From: an uncultured Gammaproteobacteria bacterium
GTDB lineage: Bacteria > Patescibacteriota > Microgenomatia > UBA8517
Assembly (NCBI GenBank): GCA_964599625.1
Contig: CAZRGC010000004.1
Location: 75,705 to 139,704 of the forward strand
Direction: 5' to 3'
Length of the DNA: 64,000 nucleotides
Shown piece after piece: positions 8,851 through 18,671 of this stretch (positions are counted from its first letter, which is position 1; every line of letters begins with the position of its first letter). A program made the translations under genes and the position numbers. The notes under the pieces were generated by a model, which searched no databases, was not told the DNA's origin, and worked only from the letters and a program-made list of their open reading frames with translations.

Positions 8851-9438
8851 TTATTTGAGAGGTTTGGCTTTGATTACTGCGCGGGTGGAGTCAAAAAGCC
8901 CCCAGCAGGTGTAAATTGTCAGTTCTTCTTTGTTGGTTGGTGCAACCAGGTCCACCCTGTCTGGTGGTACAAAGTCTTTCCAATAAGCTTCATAGGCATG
9001 CACTGTCCCGTCTGCTGTCTTTATGAATATTTTTTGACCCAAAGACAGATATGGCAGGTTTCCGAAGAGCACCTTTTTGTTGTGTCCGTATATAACAGTG
9101 TTGCCACCTGCTCCAGGGCGTGCTGAGGAGGCCAGGAAAGTGGGTTTGTCGTAGGATATAGTCCATACTCCGTTTTTGATCTCCCCTGTTCCCAGTGGCA
9201 AATCAATGCCTACGGAGGGAATTGTCACTTGCACAGGCATCTCTCCTTTGATAGTGGTAGCTTCGGGTGGCTTGGTAAAAGAAAGCACACGTACACGATA
9301 GTAGTTAACTCCACCAAAAACAAAGAGAATGACGCCGAGGATTAAAACAATAAGAGGATTTCTAAGTTTTTGGAACTTACTTAGATAACTTGAGGGCTTT
9401 TTTGATTTCTTTAACGCCTTTGGCGATGAATGTACCAC
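8851..9438 (-). CDS. sortase
   Basis: N-terminal TM; IYGHN (His), LTIYTC (Cys), downstream Arg; start uncertain because it overlaps the upstream gene by ~60 nt. Confidence 0.9.
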   Translation of the reverse strand: MVHSSPKALKKSKKPSSYLSKFQKLRNPLIVLILGVILFVFGGVNYYRVRVLSFTKPPEATTIKGEMPVQVTIPSVGIDLPLGTGEIKNGVWTISYDKPTFLASSARPGAGGNTVIYGHNKKVLFGNLPYLSLGQKIFIKTADGTVHAYEAYWKDFVPPDRVDLVAPTNKEELTIYTCWGLFDSTRAVIKAKPLK

Positions 9439-10549
9439 CCAAAGACATTATAGCCATATAGAAGTTTTCGGCAAAGTTTCCAGTACCTGCCATTGTTGAC
9501 GCACCAAGTACGTCTCCTCCGCCACCTATGCCAAGTACCTGGGGATTACCCGGGTCCGAAGGAGGTCCACCGAGTTCGTATTGCAAACAATTTACGCCGT
9601 CGTTGTCAAAATGATATGTGTCTGGCAAAGATGTTTGAATTCCTTCCAAATTGAGACATACGTCTCCGTTAGGTGTTGCTGTTGCAATCGGAGTAGAACT
9701 TTCCTGAGGTGTGGATGTAGCCTCTGGTGTGCTTGTGCTTTCGGGTGTAGATGTTGCAATAGGCGTTTCTGTGGCAACAGGTGTAGCTGTCGGACTAGGT
9801 GTCGCAGAAGGTGTAGCTGTCGCAGTTGGGCTAGGTGTTGCCGAAGGCGTTGCACTTGGTGTTGGTGTAGCTGTCGGACTAGGTGTTGATACGAGATTGC
9901 ACTGGTTATTCCAGATAGCCTGACCTGCGGCATCCCAATTTCTTCCGTCAGTATCCCATGATCCGGGAGGGATAATATCTTCACCATTTTGGTGCCCGCT
10001 TCTGTTGTGGTCGGAATTTCCATTACCATCAACTGCATCGTCATCCACTGTGATTTGGGTATAAGGGTTACTGTTACTGCCTGTTGCGTGACAAATAGTC
10101 ACAGAAATATGCTGAGGTGTGGGGCTTGGTGTAGGTGTGGCACATGCTTTGGAAACAGTTACCATAACATCTTCAATTTGGTTACCGGTCGGGTTGTAGT
10201 TAGAAATATTTCCTGATCCTGTAACATCCCAACCGCTTGTATTGTTGTTTGCCACTTCAAGATACCAATTGGTAACACTCCATCCGTTATTTCCTTGAAT
10301 ACTTATTTTGTAGTAGCCGTCGTTGCTACTACCCTGATAGTTTTGGTAGTCTGTGAAGTCGATTGAAACTTTGTCGTCGCTAAAATCACCCTGATTGTCT
10401 GATCTGGAATAATCAAAAGTTCCACAAGTTGGAGGGGTTTGTGTTGCACCAACATTGGTTGTTGCCATGCTGAGTGTAAAAAAGGAAGTAACCACCATAG
10501 AGGCGGTGAGGGCTAAAACTGACGCTTTTCCTGCGGTTTTCTTTGACAT
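9377..10549 (-). CDS. secreted Thr/Pro-rich surface protein, probable sortase substrate
   Basis: Signal peptide; ICHATGS..NPY..H..H..DIIP module; TATPS repeats; C-terminal GGGGDVLGASTMAGTG + hydrophobic helix + Lys tail. Confidence 0.85.
   Translation of the reverse strand: MSKKTAGKASVLALTASMVVTSFFTLSMATTNVGATQTPPTCGTFDYSRSDNQGDFSDDKVSIDFTDYQNYQGSSNDGYYKISIQGNNGWSVTNWYLEVANNNTSGWDVTGSGNISNYNPTGNQIEDVMVTVSKACATPTPSPTPQHISVTICHATGSNSNPYTQITVDDDAVDGNGNSDHNRSGHQNGEDIIPPGSWDTDGRNWDAAGQAIWNNQCNLVSTPSPTATPTPSATPSATPSPTATATPSATPSPTATPVATETPIATSTPESTSTPEATSTPQESSTPIATATPNGDVCLNLEGIQTSLPDTYHFDNDGVNCLQYELGGPPSDPGNPQVLGIGGGGDVLGASTMAGTGNFAENFYMAIMSLGGTFIAKGVKEIKKALKLSK
9776..9890 (-). repeat. coding tandem repeats (TPSPTATP/TPSATP mucin-like stalk)
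   Basis: GTGTAGCTGTCGGACTAGGTGT occurs twice, with variants between. Confidence 0.75.
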
Positions 10550-10567
10550 AAATTAACTATGGGCGGA

Positions 10568-10596
10568 ATTGTACACCCTATATTTTTAATTGTCAA
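10568..10596 (-). promoter_or_regulatory. sigma70 promoter for the first substrate-sortase pair
   Basis: TTGACA-N17-TACAAT. Confidence 0.75.
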
Positions 10597-10599
10597 ATA

Positions 10600-11097
10600 C
10601 TATGAGATTTTAGTTGCAACTATTACAAATCTTTTTGTGTCGAAAACACCGCTACAAGTGTAAATAACTATTTTATTATCGGTGTTTTGATTTACAACGT
10701 CATAACTTTTTGGGTCAATTTCCTGAGTAAAATCCACCACATATTTTTTGACCGAATCCTTGTTGCGTATTTCAACAACCATCCCCGGTTTTACATTAAC
10801 CAAATTTCCCAAAATGCTATTCCAATTGTGGCCGTAGATTACGTTTTGGTGGATTGATGCTCCCCGCGAGTCAGGTTGCCATTCTCCGTTTTTTTGCACT
10901 GCAGGGTATATGTTTGTCAGGATTCCCACTTTGTCTATTGCCAGGACATAATCATGATTTGGTTTTGGTGTTTCGTTTTTATTGGTCGCAAGAATTTCTG
11001 TTACAACAACAGGAGTTTTTGACTCTTTTTGATAAAAAGAAAAAAGGGACAAACACAGAAGTGTTATGCCGAGAAGTTTCAGAAGCTTATTCAACAT
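10600..11097 (-). CDS. sortase
   Basis: VIYGHNW, VIYTCSG, TKRFVIVA His/Cys/Arg triad. Confidence 0.88.
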   Translation of the reverse strand: MLNKLLKLLGITLLCLSLFSFYQKESKTPVVVTEILATNKNETPKPNHDYVLAIDKVGILTNIYPAVQKNGEWQPDSRGASIHQNVIYGHNWNSILGNLVNVKPGMVVEIRNKDSVKKYVVDFTQEIDPKSYDVVNQNTDNKIVIYTCSGVFDTKRFVIVATKIS

Positions 11098-11749
11098 TTT
11101 TTCGGGACTTATCGACCATCATGGTTATTGCCAATATTAGGGAACCAAGTCCTCCAAATGCCAACATTTTTGAGGTTGTTCCTGTGGTTGCCAGTCCAAG
11201 TACTTGTCCTCCTCCGCCTGTTCCGGTTGATTTTCCGGGGCCTCCGTATTCGTACTTAAGACAATTTATTCCGTCGTTATCAAAATGGTATTCATTTGGG
11301 AGCGATGTCTGCACTCCATCAATATTTGGACAAACATCATTGGTTCCGGGGTTGCATGAATAGTTAGCGTTTTTGGCCATGTACGCTGTATCTTCCAACC
11401 CCCACACTGCACCAGTGGGAACATAAATCCAACCCTGAGCCTTGAGTTCACCAAGTTGTTCCTCGTCCAAAGAAGAAATTTTCCACCAATTGGTTTGTAT
11501 TCCCGACCCGTTTTCGGAACAGAAGCACTGAACCAAAGTAGTTTCGCTAATCCTGAATACTTTGTCACTTCCTGTATAAGTTCCGCTGTCCCCTACTATT
11601 CCATGGGTCCCGGACGGATAGTTGGCGACAACAGTTCCTTGGGCACTTACACAAGCGGGGAAGTTTGGAGCATCAACTGCCAAAATTGGAGAAACCACAA
11701 AAAGAAACATGGGCAATAAAAACAGCAGTATTTTCGAAATTTTGTACAT
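11087..11749 (-). CDS. secreted Cys-containing surface protein, probable sortase substrate
   Basis: Signal peptide from ATG 11749; C-terminal GGGGQVLGLATTG + TM + basic tail. Confidence 0.85.
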   Translation of the reverse strand: MYKISKILLFLLPMFLFVVSPILAVDAPNFPACVSAQGTVVANYPSGTHGIVGDSGTYTGSDKVFRISETTLVQCFCSENGSGIQTNWWKISSLDEEQLGELKAQGWIYVPTGAVWGLEDTAYMAKNANYSCNPGTNDVCPNIDGVQTSLPNEYHFDNDGINCLKYEYGGPGKSTGTGGGGQVLGLATTGTTSKMLAFGGLGSLILAITMMVDKSRKNVE

Positions 11750-11786
11750 TTGTGTTGGGGCAAGCACAAACCTGAGCAGTTATGGG

Positions 11787-11815
11787 ATTTTACAGTTGAT
11801 ATGTTCTGATGTCAA
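11787..11815 (-). promoter_or_regulatory. sigma70 promoter for the second substrate-sortase pair
   Basis: TTGACA-N17-TAAAAT. Confidence 0.75.
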
Positions 11816-11836
11816 CTGATATGGTTTGTTGAAGAA

Positions 11837-13117
11837 TTAGTTAAAAAGTGAATAGAAAAACTTTTGAATTTTGAAGAAAAAACCTTCGTTTCTGCTTTTT
11901 AGTATTACTACCACCTCCTTCCCTTCTTGGTTATTTGTTATACCAGTAGAATAAAAGCCTATGGCGTTTACGTTGGCCTTTACCGAGTCGCCTTCGTACG
12001 GCAAACTGAATCTGCCAAAGGCATCTGTTTTTGTGGAACTAAATGCGCTTAAAACTTCTACATCCTTTAGCGGTAATCCTGTTTGGGTTTTTACCATTCC
12101 ACTGAGGGCTTTTGGTTTATAAAAATGCTTAATTACTTCTGTAACCAATCTTGGCGTGCCATCGTCGTCCCAGAGTTTTGTTGAGCCGCCGAATCCGGTC
12201 CAGTAGTTAACCCCTATCAAGTTTCTGTTTTTTGAAAGCAAATCAAATGCACTTCTCACCCAGTTGGCTTGCTCATCTTGGGTCATGTCGCCATGAAGAT
12301 CTGGTATGGGGGCTCCAAACTCACCCACTACAATTTTCCCACCCGACCTTTCGGCTAGAGTGTTTATGTCATTATTCATTTTTTCGTAACTGGCTACATA
12401 GTGGTCTATAACAACAACTCCACCCAAAGCAGCAGTTGTTTCTTTGTTCATAATGAGGTTTGCAACGTCATAGTTCATTGGGAAGTAGTTGGTTTCCACA
12501 TTTTTATCAATCTGCCTAAAGGCCAATCTTCCAATCTGGTATTCATCAATCAAAAATTGTCTGAAGCCTTGTGTATCCCCTGTATGTCTTGGGTCGCCAG
12601 GCCCACCGTTTTCGCATTCTGTGCAGCTTGTGAATATGTCATCGTCTTCAAACAAATCTCCGTTGTCCACAATGAACTCTTTGAGCAGTCTTTTGTGTTC
12701 TTCCCTGCCAATCCGCTCAAATTCAAACCACTTTTCCCACCCCGAAAAATTTCCCCTGAACCAAATCTTTAGCCCATACTTTCGGGAAACATCAACCCAG
12801 CGTTTGAGGTACGGAATAAACTTTTTGTCATAAGGTGTCCCCAGGGCAATGTGTGTGACGCCTGTTTCTGCAATCTTTTTTACTTGGTCTTCGATTGTTT
12901 TGTCATAAGAGGAATCATTCAGATATTGTCCTGCGTGATCTCTTGAGTATTTAACGGTATCTATGGCTTGCATTTGCCAGAAAGAGGTTTTTGGAGAATT
13001 TTGGTTTGTGTCTGTGTTCTTTTTGGTTTTGGTAACTGCGAAAAGTCCCAGCACTAAAACAATTAAAGCCACAAAAAAAAGCGATTTATTTTTTTTCAAC
13101 ACAGCAGAATTATACAT
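11837..13117 (-). CDS. secreted glycoside-hydrolase-like (TIM barrel) protein with C-terminal carboxypeptidase-regulatory-like domain
   Basis: N-terminal TM; CTECENG and VVGEFG clan-A-like acid/nucleophile positions; LSGMVKT...TDAFGRF module. Confidence 0.6.
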   Translation of the reverse strand: MYNSAVLKKNKSLFFVALIVLVLGLFAVTKTKKNTDTNQNSPKTSFWQMQAIDTVKYSRDHAGQYLNDSSYDKTIEDQVKKIAETGVTHIALGTPYDKKFIPYLKRWVDVSRKYGLKIWFRGNFSGWEKWFEFERIGREEHKRLLKEFIVDNGDLFEDDDIFTSCTECENGGPGDPRHTGDTQGFRQFLIDEYQIGRLAFRQIDKNVETNYFPMNYDVANLIMNKETTAALGGVVVIDHYVASYEKMNNDINTLAERSGGKIVVGEFGAPIPDLHGDMTQDEQANWVRSAFDLLSKNRNLIGVNYWTGFGGSTKLWDDDGTPRLVTEVIKHFYKPKALSGMVKTQTGLPLKDVEVLSAFSSTKTDAFGRFSLPYEGDSVKANVNAIGFYSTGITNNQEGKEVVVILKSRNEGFFFKIQKFFYSLFN

Positions 13118-13120
13118 CCT

Positions 13121-14782
13121 TTACTTGTTTATTAGCCCTTTGATTGGTTCTGTTTGAAGCTCCGGCAAGTATTGGTCATCCAGTTGGTATATGTCTGCAA
13201 ACGGATAACTGTCTACAAGTTTGTATTTTTTGAAACCTTCCGTTTTGCTTACACCTTTATATACAAGGTCCGCGTTGTCGTAAGTTCTCATCACAATCCA
13301 GCGCGCCCACCTGTCAGGAGAAGCCAAGGCATCTTCCCAATACTTCCCAGTACCTTCATGAATGAAACGGGACATTGGAAGATAGGATGAAAAGATAATT
13401 GCGTCGTGACTAGCTGCAGATATTAATATAAACCCTTTTTGGTCTTTTGCAGCGTTGTTCAAAAATCCGGACACTTCACTAACATTCTTTTGGCTGGACC
13501 CAACCCTTGCATCGTCAATTGTCACTGCGTCACCGTTTGCAAACGCAAAGAACATAACAAAAGCATAAAGTCCAATAAATACCCATCTTAAGTCTTTTAT
13601 CTTACCCACCAAATAACCCATGAATACGGCAAATGCAGGCATAAGCATTATTCCGTAGCGAACGTTGAACCAAGTATTTCCGGAAATTCCCTGGATAAAA
13701 AGAACCGAAAATCCGGCCACAAGGGATACTATATTAAAAGCCAATGGTGAGATTAGTGACAACGTTGCCAGTCTGGCCTCCCATTTAATATTTTTGTCCA
13801 GCCAGAGGGTTACCATTCCCAGAAAACCAAAAATAACAACAATCAAAATACAGTTATAAATAACCGAATACATATAAATCTGAGACGATAAAAGTATGTT
13901 TCCCTTTGTGGGGAGGTTCCCAGCAGCAAGCATTACTTGCTGTTGAGCATGTGCACTAAAAGGTCCGAGTGCAAAGTACAACGGGTCTTTAAAAATTATT
14001 AAATTCCAGCCAAACCACAGAACAATCCCAAAAGCACCCATGGTAAGGAACAGAACCGAAATACCTTCAGTTACTTTGTATCCTTTTTTGAATAGTGTAA
14101 TAAGTCCGACAATTCCTGCAGAAAACAAAAGCAAAAACCATCCGTCGTAGCGAACTAGTGTGGAAAGCATGACCCAAAACGAAGCTTTAACCAAATTTAC
14201 GATCTCATCACTTTTTGCCCAGTTAATAAGATAGTAACAGCCTGCTGTCATGGTAAACAAAAGAAGAGGCTCTGTCATTGCCGTGGATTGCAAGTACAAA
14301 ATATTCAAGTTTGCAGATGCAACCAATACTCCAAAAATCCTTCCCAAATAACCAACATTCAACTTTTCCAGAATTTTGTAAACTAATAGTCCTGTTCCCA
14401 CAAAAGACAACATGTTCCAAAACGCACCGGCAAATCCGCTGTGCCAGGCCCAATCGTTCCAGATAAGAGGAATCATGAGTACGTGATTTAATGGAAGCCA
14501 AACAGATCCTAATTGCGCAAGTCCGGGTTTAAGTCCCTCTACAACACGACGGCCTATATCCAAATGACTCCTGGCATCATTGTAATTAAGCCCCAATCCG
14601 TTTTGGAGATAGTGAATGAAATAGTATCCGCTTAGTAATGTTAGACATAGTCCAACAATCCAAAATAAATACTTCTTCACAATCTGTTCTATGTCTTCAA
14701 CTAACTTTGTATCAAAAGACACAGAAAGATTCGGTATTTTAGATGGTTTGTTTTTTGTTTGTTGGTTTTTATTTTTCTTCAT
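13121..14782 (-). CDS. GT-C fold integral membrane glycosyltransferase (GT39/PMT-like)
   Basis: Multi-TM; YNDARSHLDIGRR, QLGSVWLPL, AMTEPL, RYDGWF motifs. Confidence 0.75.
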   Translation of the reverse strand: MKKNKNQQTKNKPSKIPNLSVSFDTKLVEDIEQIVKKYLFWIVGLCLTLLSGYYFIHYLQNGLGLNYNDARSHLDIGRRVVEGLKPGLAQLGSVWLPLNHVLMIPLIWNDWAWHSGFAGAFWNMLSFVGTGLLVYKILEKLNVGYLGRIFGVLVASANLNILYLQSTAMTEPLLLFTMTAGCYYLINWAKSDEIVNLVKASFWVMLSTLVRYDGWFLLLFSAGIVGLITLFKKGYKVTEGISVLFLTMGAFGIVLWFGWNLIIFKDPLYFALGPFSAHAQQQVMLAAGNLPTKGNILLSSQIYMYSVIYNCILIVVIFGFLGMVTLWLDKNIKWEARLATLSLISPLAFNIVSLVAGFSVLFIQGISGNTWFNVRYGIMLMPAFAVFMGYLVGKIKDLRWVFIGLYAFVMFFAFANGDAVTIDDARVGSSQKNVSEVSGFLNNAAKDQKGFILISAASHDAIIFSSYLPMSRFIHEGTGKYWEDALASPDRWARWIVMRTYDNADLVYKGVSKTEGFKKYKLVDSYPFADIYQLDDQYLPELQTEPIKGLINK

Positions 14783-16262
14783 TTGGTTTTATTTTTATCC
14801 AGATCAATGATGTTCCGACGAGTGCAACGAGTCCATATATCGCCCAGTAGTATTGCCACCCGGTTACGAATTTGTTTGCATAGTTATTGAACACAAAAGA
14901 ATTGAGTTTGTTTTCGTTGAGCATCCTGATATTTATTCTGTAGTCATACTGCAATCCCAATCCTACCGCCTCAATTTTCGGTGGAATTACGTTTGTGGTA
15001 AGTGGTGCCAAAAGTGAAACTCCCAAGCTGTACAAAAATACCAGTGTAAAGATTAATTTTACAAAGAAGTTTTTATGTAGGTGGTTAAGGGCGAATCCGG
15101 CCAGTATACAAAGCTCGGGTAGTACTGCAATCATATATCTGCTTCCGAATGCCCATCCCCCATAAGGGTCACCAAACATTGTGTAAAGCGTCAAACAAGT
15201 TGCGGGAATAACCACCAATCCGATTTTTTCTTTCAACCCCAGTTTTTTGTATGCACCAAACAATGCGAACAAAGAAAGTAAAACGACAGGTGAATAAATT
15301 ACTATGCCGCGATCTTGGTTAACGGTGAAAGACTGAAAACCGTTTAACATGTTTCTTGTCTCCAGAGCCCCAACGCTTTCTCTTCCATCCTCGGGTGTTG
15401 CGTCTTCGACTGTTGTTTTAAGATCTTTAACTCTGGGAATGGAGTTACTCAAAACAGTCGGACTACCAAAGTGAATATAGTTGTAATACCCATACAGACC
15501 CATTAGACCCAAAAAGATAAACGGAGTTAATAAGTATTTCCATTTAAACGACAGACTGATCTTGTTTTTGATTTTTTCCAAGTTAAAACCCGAGAATGTA
15601 AAAATAATGGCAATCGGAAGGAATATAAACAGGTTTGGAAAATCAATATAAACGGCTACTGCATAAAGTACCCAAAAAATCATTGCGTCAAAGACTGAGT
15701 GATGTTTCTTGACTGTGGCAATATAAAGTCCCGAAAGAAGCAAAAATGCAGAAATCAAATGGGCATACAAAGTAACAGAATAACCCCATGCGTTTGTGGC
15801 AAAACCAAAAGCTAACCCTGCAAATATTGCAGTAGTCCAGGCCATGTTGAGACCTCTGGCGAATTTAATGATCATGAGGATGGTTAGGAAAGCAAATATG
15901 GTGGAAATCAGAAATGTGAATATTTGAGTAGCCCCAAGTTTCAAGCCCAGCAAGTATAGTGGTATAGCAAGAACGGATGCTCCTGGAGGAAAGAATGAGT
16001 AATAGTGTCCACCGATAAATCCGATGTCTGGAGTACCCATAGATGCATAATTATCTATTGCAAAAGTTCTATCGTTTACTAATGAAAGAATGATTGCGTA
16101 GCGGGATCGTTCTTGAGAAGTTTCAAAAGCAGATCCACTATTAAAAAGGGTGGTGTCGATTTGACTTGCTGTTGGCACATTCCAATTGCCCCTTAATGTA
16201 GATAAATACAAAAAGCAGCAATATATAGATATAAATATAAAAGTTAATATTTTATGTGTCAT
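14769..16262 (-). CDS. GT-C-like polytopic membrane protein
   Basis: YYSFFPPG, GGWAFGSRY motifs; many TM helices. Confidence 0.65.
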   Translation of the reverse strand: MTHKILTFIFISIYCCFLYLSTLRGNWNVPTASQIDTTLFNSGSAFETSQERSRYAIILSLVNDRTFAIDNYASMGTPDIGFIGGHYYSFFPPGASVLAIPLYLLGLKLGATQIFTFLISTIFAFLTILMIIKFARGLNMAWTTAIFAGLAFGFATNAWGYSVTLYAHLISAFLLLSGLYIATVKKHHSVFDAMIFWVLYAVAVYIDFPNLFIFLPIAIIFTFSGFNLEKIKNKISLSFKWKYLLTPFIFLGLMGLYGYYNYIHFGSPTVLSNSIPRVKDLKTTVEDATPEDGRESVGALETRNMLNGFQSFTVNQDRGIVIYSPVVLLSLFALFGAYKKLGLKEKIGLVVIPATCLTLYTMFGDPYGGWAFGSRYMIAVLPELCILAGFALNHLHKNFFVKLIFTLVFLYSLGVSLLAPLTTNVIPPKIEAVGLGLQYDYRINIRMLNENKLNSFVFNNYANKFVTGWQYYWAIYGLVALVGTSLIWIKIKPNEEK

Positions 16263-17050
16263 TTGAAATAAGTAGCTAAGTAATGTTCTTTAATCTTTAA
16301 TAAACTCATGAAATATCTAGAAAAATTAAGTCCAGCAGGTGTCAAGAGCGCCTTAAAATTTTCTAGGGTAATTTTTCCTTCCATGGGGACCCTGTTTATT
16401 TTATGTTTGTCGATGGTCAACAGTTTTCCTCCGTCGATTGTTAAAGCATATCTATAGCCAGAATCTTGAACAAGATTGGTTATATCTTGATTATAGTATC
16501 CGTTCGGGTAAGCAAAATATGTAAAACTAGATTTAATTTCTCTTTGGAGCAGCTTGTAGTTTAACTTTTTCAAGCTTGTGTGTGTTTTGGTATGATATCC
16601 AAAACACCAACCTGCTTTTTTAAGTGTATAGATTTGTTTTTTAGTAAGCATTGGTTTGTTGTTATCAAGTACTTCTTTGTCTCTGTTTCTATAGTTACCT
16701 ATTATGAAAACTGTTGCAACTACACCATATCTTTTCATTATAGGAAAAGCATTGTTGTATATATCTTCGTAGCCATCGTCGAAAGTGATGCTGATTTGAG
16801 GTCTGCCTAACCGTGGCCCTTCTAAAATTTTATCAATTTTTACCACTCTGTAATTTTCGACAATATATTTTATTTGCTGTTCAAAATCAGCAACTGGTGT
16901 TGAAAAACGCCAGTCATCATCTGAGCATGAATGATAGCAAAGTATAACATCAGGCTTTTTTTTATTTTTGTAAATAAAGTTTGCTAAATTTAGCAAACTT
17001 AAGACGTTAAAATAAATTAACATTGCTATGTTTATTTTTTGGGTAATCAT
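16259..17050 (-). CDS. polysaccharide deacetylase (CE4)
   Basis: LCYH, ITFDDGY, YHTKTH, FAYPNG. Confidence 0.92.
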   Translation of the reverse strand: MITQKINIAMLIYFNVLSLLNLANFIYKNKKKPDVILCYHSCSDDDWRFSTPVADFEQQIKYIVENYRVVKIDKILEGPRLGRPQISITFDDGYEDIYNNAFPIMKRYGVVATVFIIGNYRNRDKEVLDNNKPMLTKKQIYTLKKAGWCFGYHTKTHTSLKKLNYKLLQREIKSSFTYFAYPNGYYNQDITNLVQDSGYRYALTIDGGKLLTIDKHKINRVPMEGKITLENFKALLTPAGLNFSRYFMSLLKIKEHYLATYFK

Positions 17051-17799
17051 AATATTGACCTCTTAAACAATACGGCGCCTCTGTAAACAATTTTTGAAAG
17101 AAATATGTAACAAATATTCATTACAAAAAATAATGAAGTAATATATTGCAAGTTCATTGTGTGTGAGAAAAAATCTAGTATAAATATAATTATTAGCCGT
17201 AAAGCTATGTCGTCAAATATCCTTAATAAGGATTTAAAGTTATTAAGGCCCTTGCTTTCAACTTTAGACTTTTGATTCTCTTTTAAAGTTTCAAGCCATT
17301 TAATATCTAATATATAGCTGGTTGCTCCTACCATACCCAATATCAAATAAATATTGTTATTGCTTTGCGCGTATAGTCGAAGACTAAAGCTGATAATGAA
17401 TATGGAAGAAATTAGGGTGTGTAGAAAATTATCCAATATCTTTCCCCATACGAGGTTATTCTTGTAATATCGCGCGAGAGGCCCATCGACACAATCTAAG
17501 AATAAGGCAACCTCGTTTAATATCAATATTAATAAAAAGCTTAATTCTTTTCCATAAATTAACAACATACATCCTAAGAGTTGTAACAAGAACGATAGCA
17601 TAGTAACCATATTTGCTGAGATGCCTATTTTTGATAAGTGATAGGCTACTTCGGCTGCTTTCTCTCTATATAAAAAACGGTTTTCATATATGTCGCCACC
17701 CTTTTTAATATTTTTTGGTGAGTACCTATTAAAATCGTTTATAAATTTAGCTTTTGATGTTTTATTCATGTTTATTTGGTGCTCGAGGCTGTATACCAC
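17047..17799 (-). CDS. CDP-alcohol phosphatidyltransferase family protein
   Basis: SANMVT and LDCVDGPLAR...GKILD motif. Confidence 0.85.
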   Translation of the reverse strand: MVYSLEHQINMNKTSKAKFINDFNRYSPKNIKKGGDIYENRFLYREKAAEVAYHLSKIGISANMVTMLSFLLQLLGCMLLIYGKELSFLLILILNEVALFLDCVDGPLARYYKNNLVWGKILDNFLHTLISSIFIISFSLRLYAQSNNNIYLILGMVGATSYILDIKWLETLKENQKSKVESKGLNNFKSLLRIFDDIALRLIIIFILDFFSHTMNLQYITSLFFVMNICYIFLSKIVYRGAVLFKRSIL

Positions 17800-18671
17800 T
17801 CGAGTTTGTATCTGCTAGAAATATTTTTATAAAAAGGAACTATGACTATGTTGATAACAATGGCCACTGATGTTTCTATTGGGTATTTTAAGAAGCTTTT
17901 GAATATGCTTTTTAGGTAAAACATGAATGGTCTTTTATACTCTTCTTCGACTATTTTTCCAAAGCGAGTTTTGTAGTTTATATTTATTGCTTGTGGGTTT
18001 GATCTGAAACATTGTTTAAGATAGTCTGGTAGACTTTTGGGTAATTTGTAAAATATCTTTGCCTCTTCGCAGTAAGAGAACTCCTTTTTATCTTTGGTCG
18101 CTGTAAAGTATATAAAATCGTCTTCGTTTAGTGCTTTTTCTGAAAAATCGATAGATTTTATATAGCGACGTCTAATTGCCATTCCGCCACCAGTAAAGCA
18201 AAATGGATTTTTGTAGTTTCTCAACTTCCTTGACTCATCAAAGACCAGAAACGTTGTGTATACAACTTTTTCAAAGAAAGTTACTGGTAAAAAAGGCCTG
18301 GTATTTGCACCGACAAAAGTAATTTTTTTATCATCTCTAAACTTCTTAATAATGTTTGAAATAACCTTGATGTTTCCTAATTTTTCGTCAGCATCGAAAA
18401 CAACCAGAATATCACCGCTGCATTTTTCAATAATTTTCTTTAAACCGCCAGACTTGCCTTGTCTTGTTTTGCTTTCAATAATTTTAATCTTTTTGTTTTT
18501 TAAATCTTTAATCTTCTCGACTGTTCTGTCAGTACAGTTATCACAGTGAATAATTATCTCTTTAAGAATGTAGTTCGAGGTTTTTTGATTAAGAATATCT
18601 TTGAGTATATTTTGAATATTCCCTTCTTCGTTGTAGGCACAGATGCCGACTGTCACTGTATTTTTTTTCAT
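17772..18671 (-). CDS. glycosyltransferase family 2
   Basis: ICAYNEE, DNCTDRT, FDAD. Confidence 0.92.
   Translation of the reverse strand: MKKNTVTVGICAYNEEGNIQNILKDILNQKTSNYILKEIIIHCDNCTDRTVEKIKDLKNKKIKIIESKTRQGKSGGLKKIIEKCSGDILVVFDADEKLGNIKVISNIIKKFRDDKKITFVGANTRPFLPVTFFEKVVYTTFLVFDESRKLRNYKNPFCFTGGGMAIRRRYIKSIDFSEKALNEDDFIYFTATKDKKEFSYCEEAKIFYKLPKSLPDYLKQCFRSNPQAININYKTRFGKIVEEEYKRPFMFYLKSIFKSFLKYPIETSVAIVINIVIVPFYKNISSRYKLEWYTASSTK

Noticed and set aside
9581-10216. Cys/Arg-rich and Val/Gly-rich alternative ORFs
   Set aside because: Off-frame readings of the Thr/Pro repeat region
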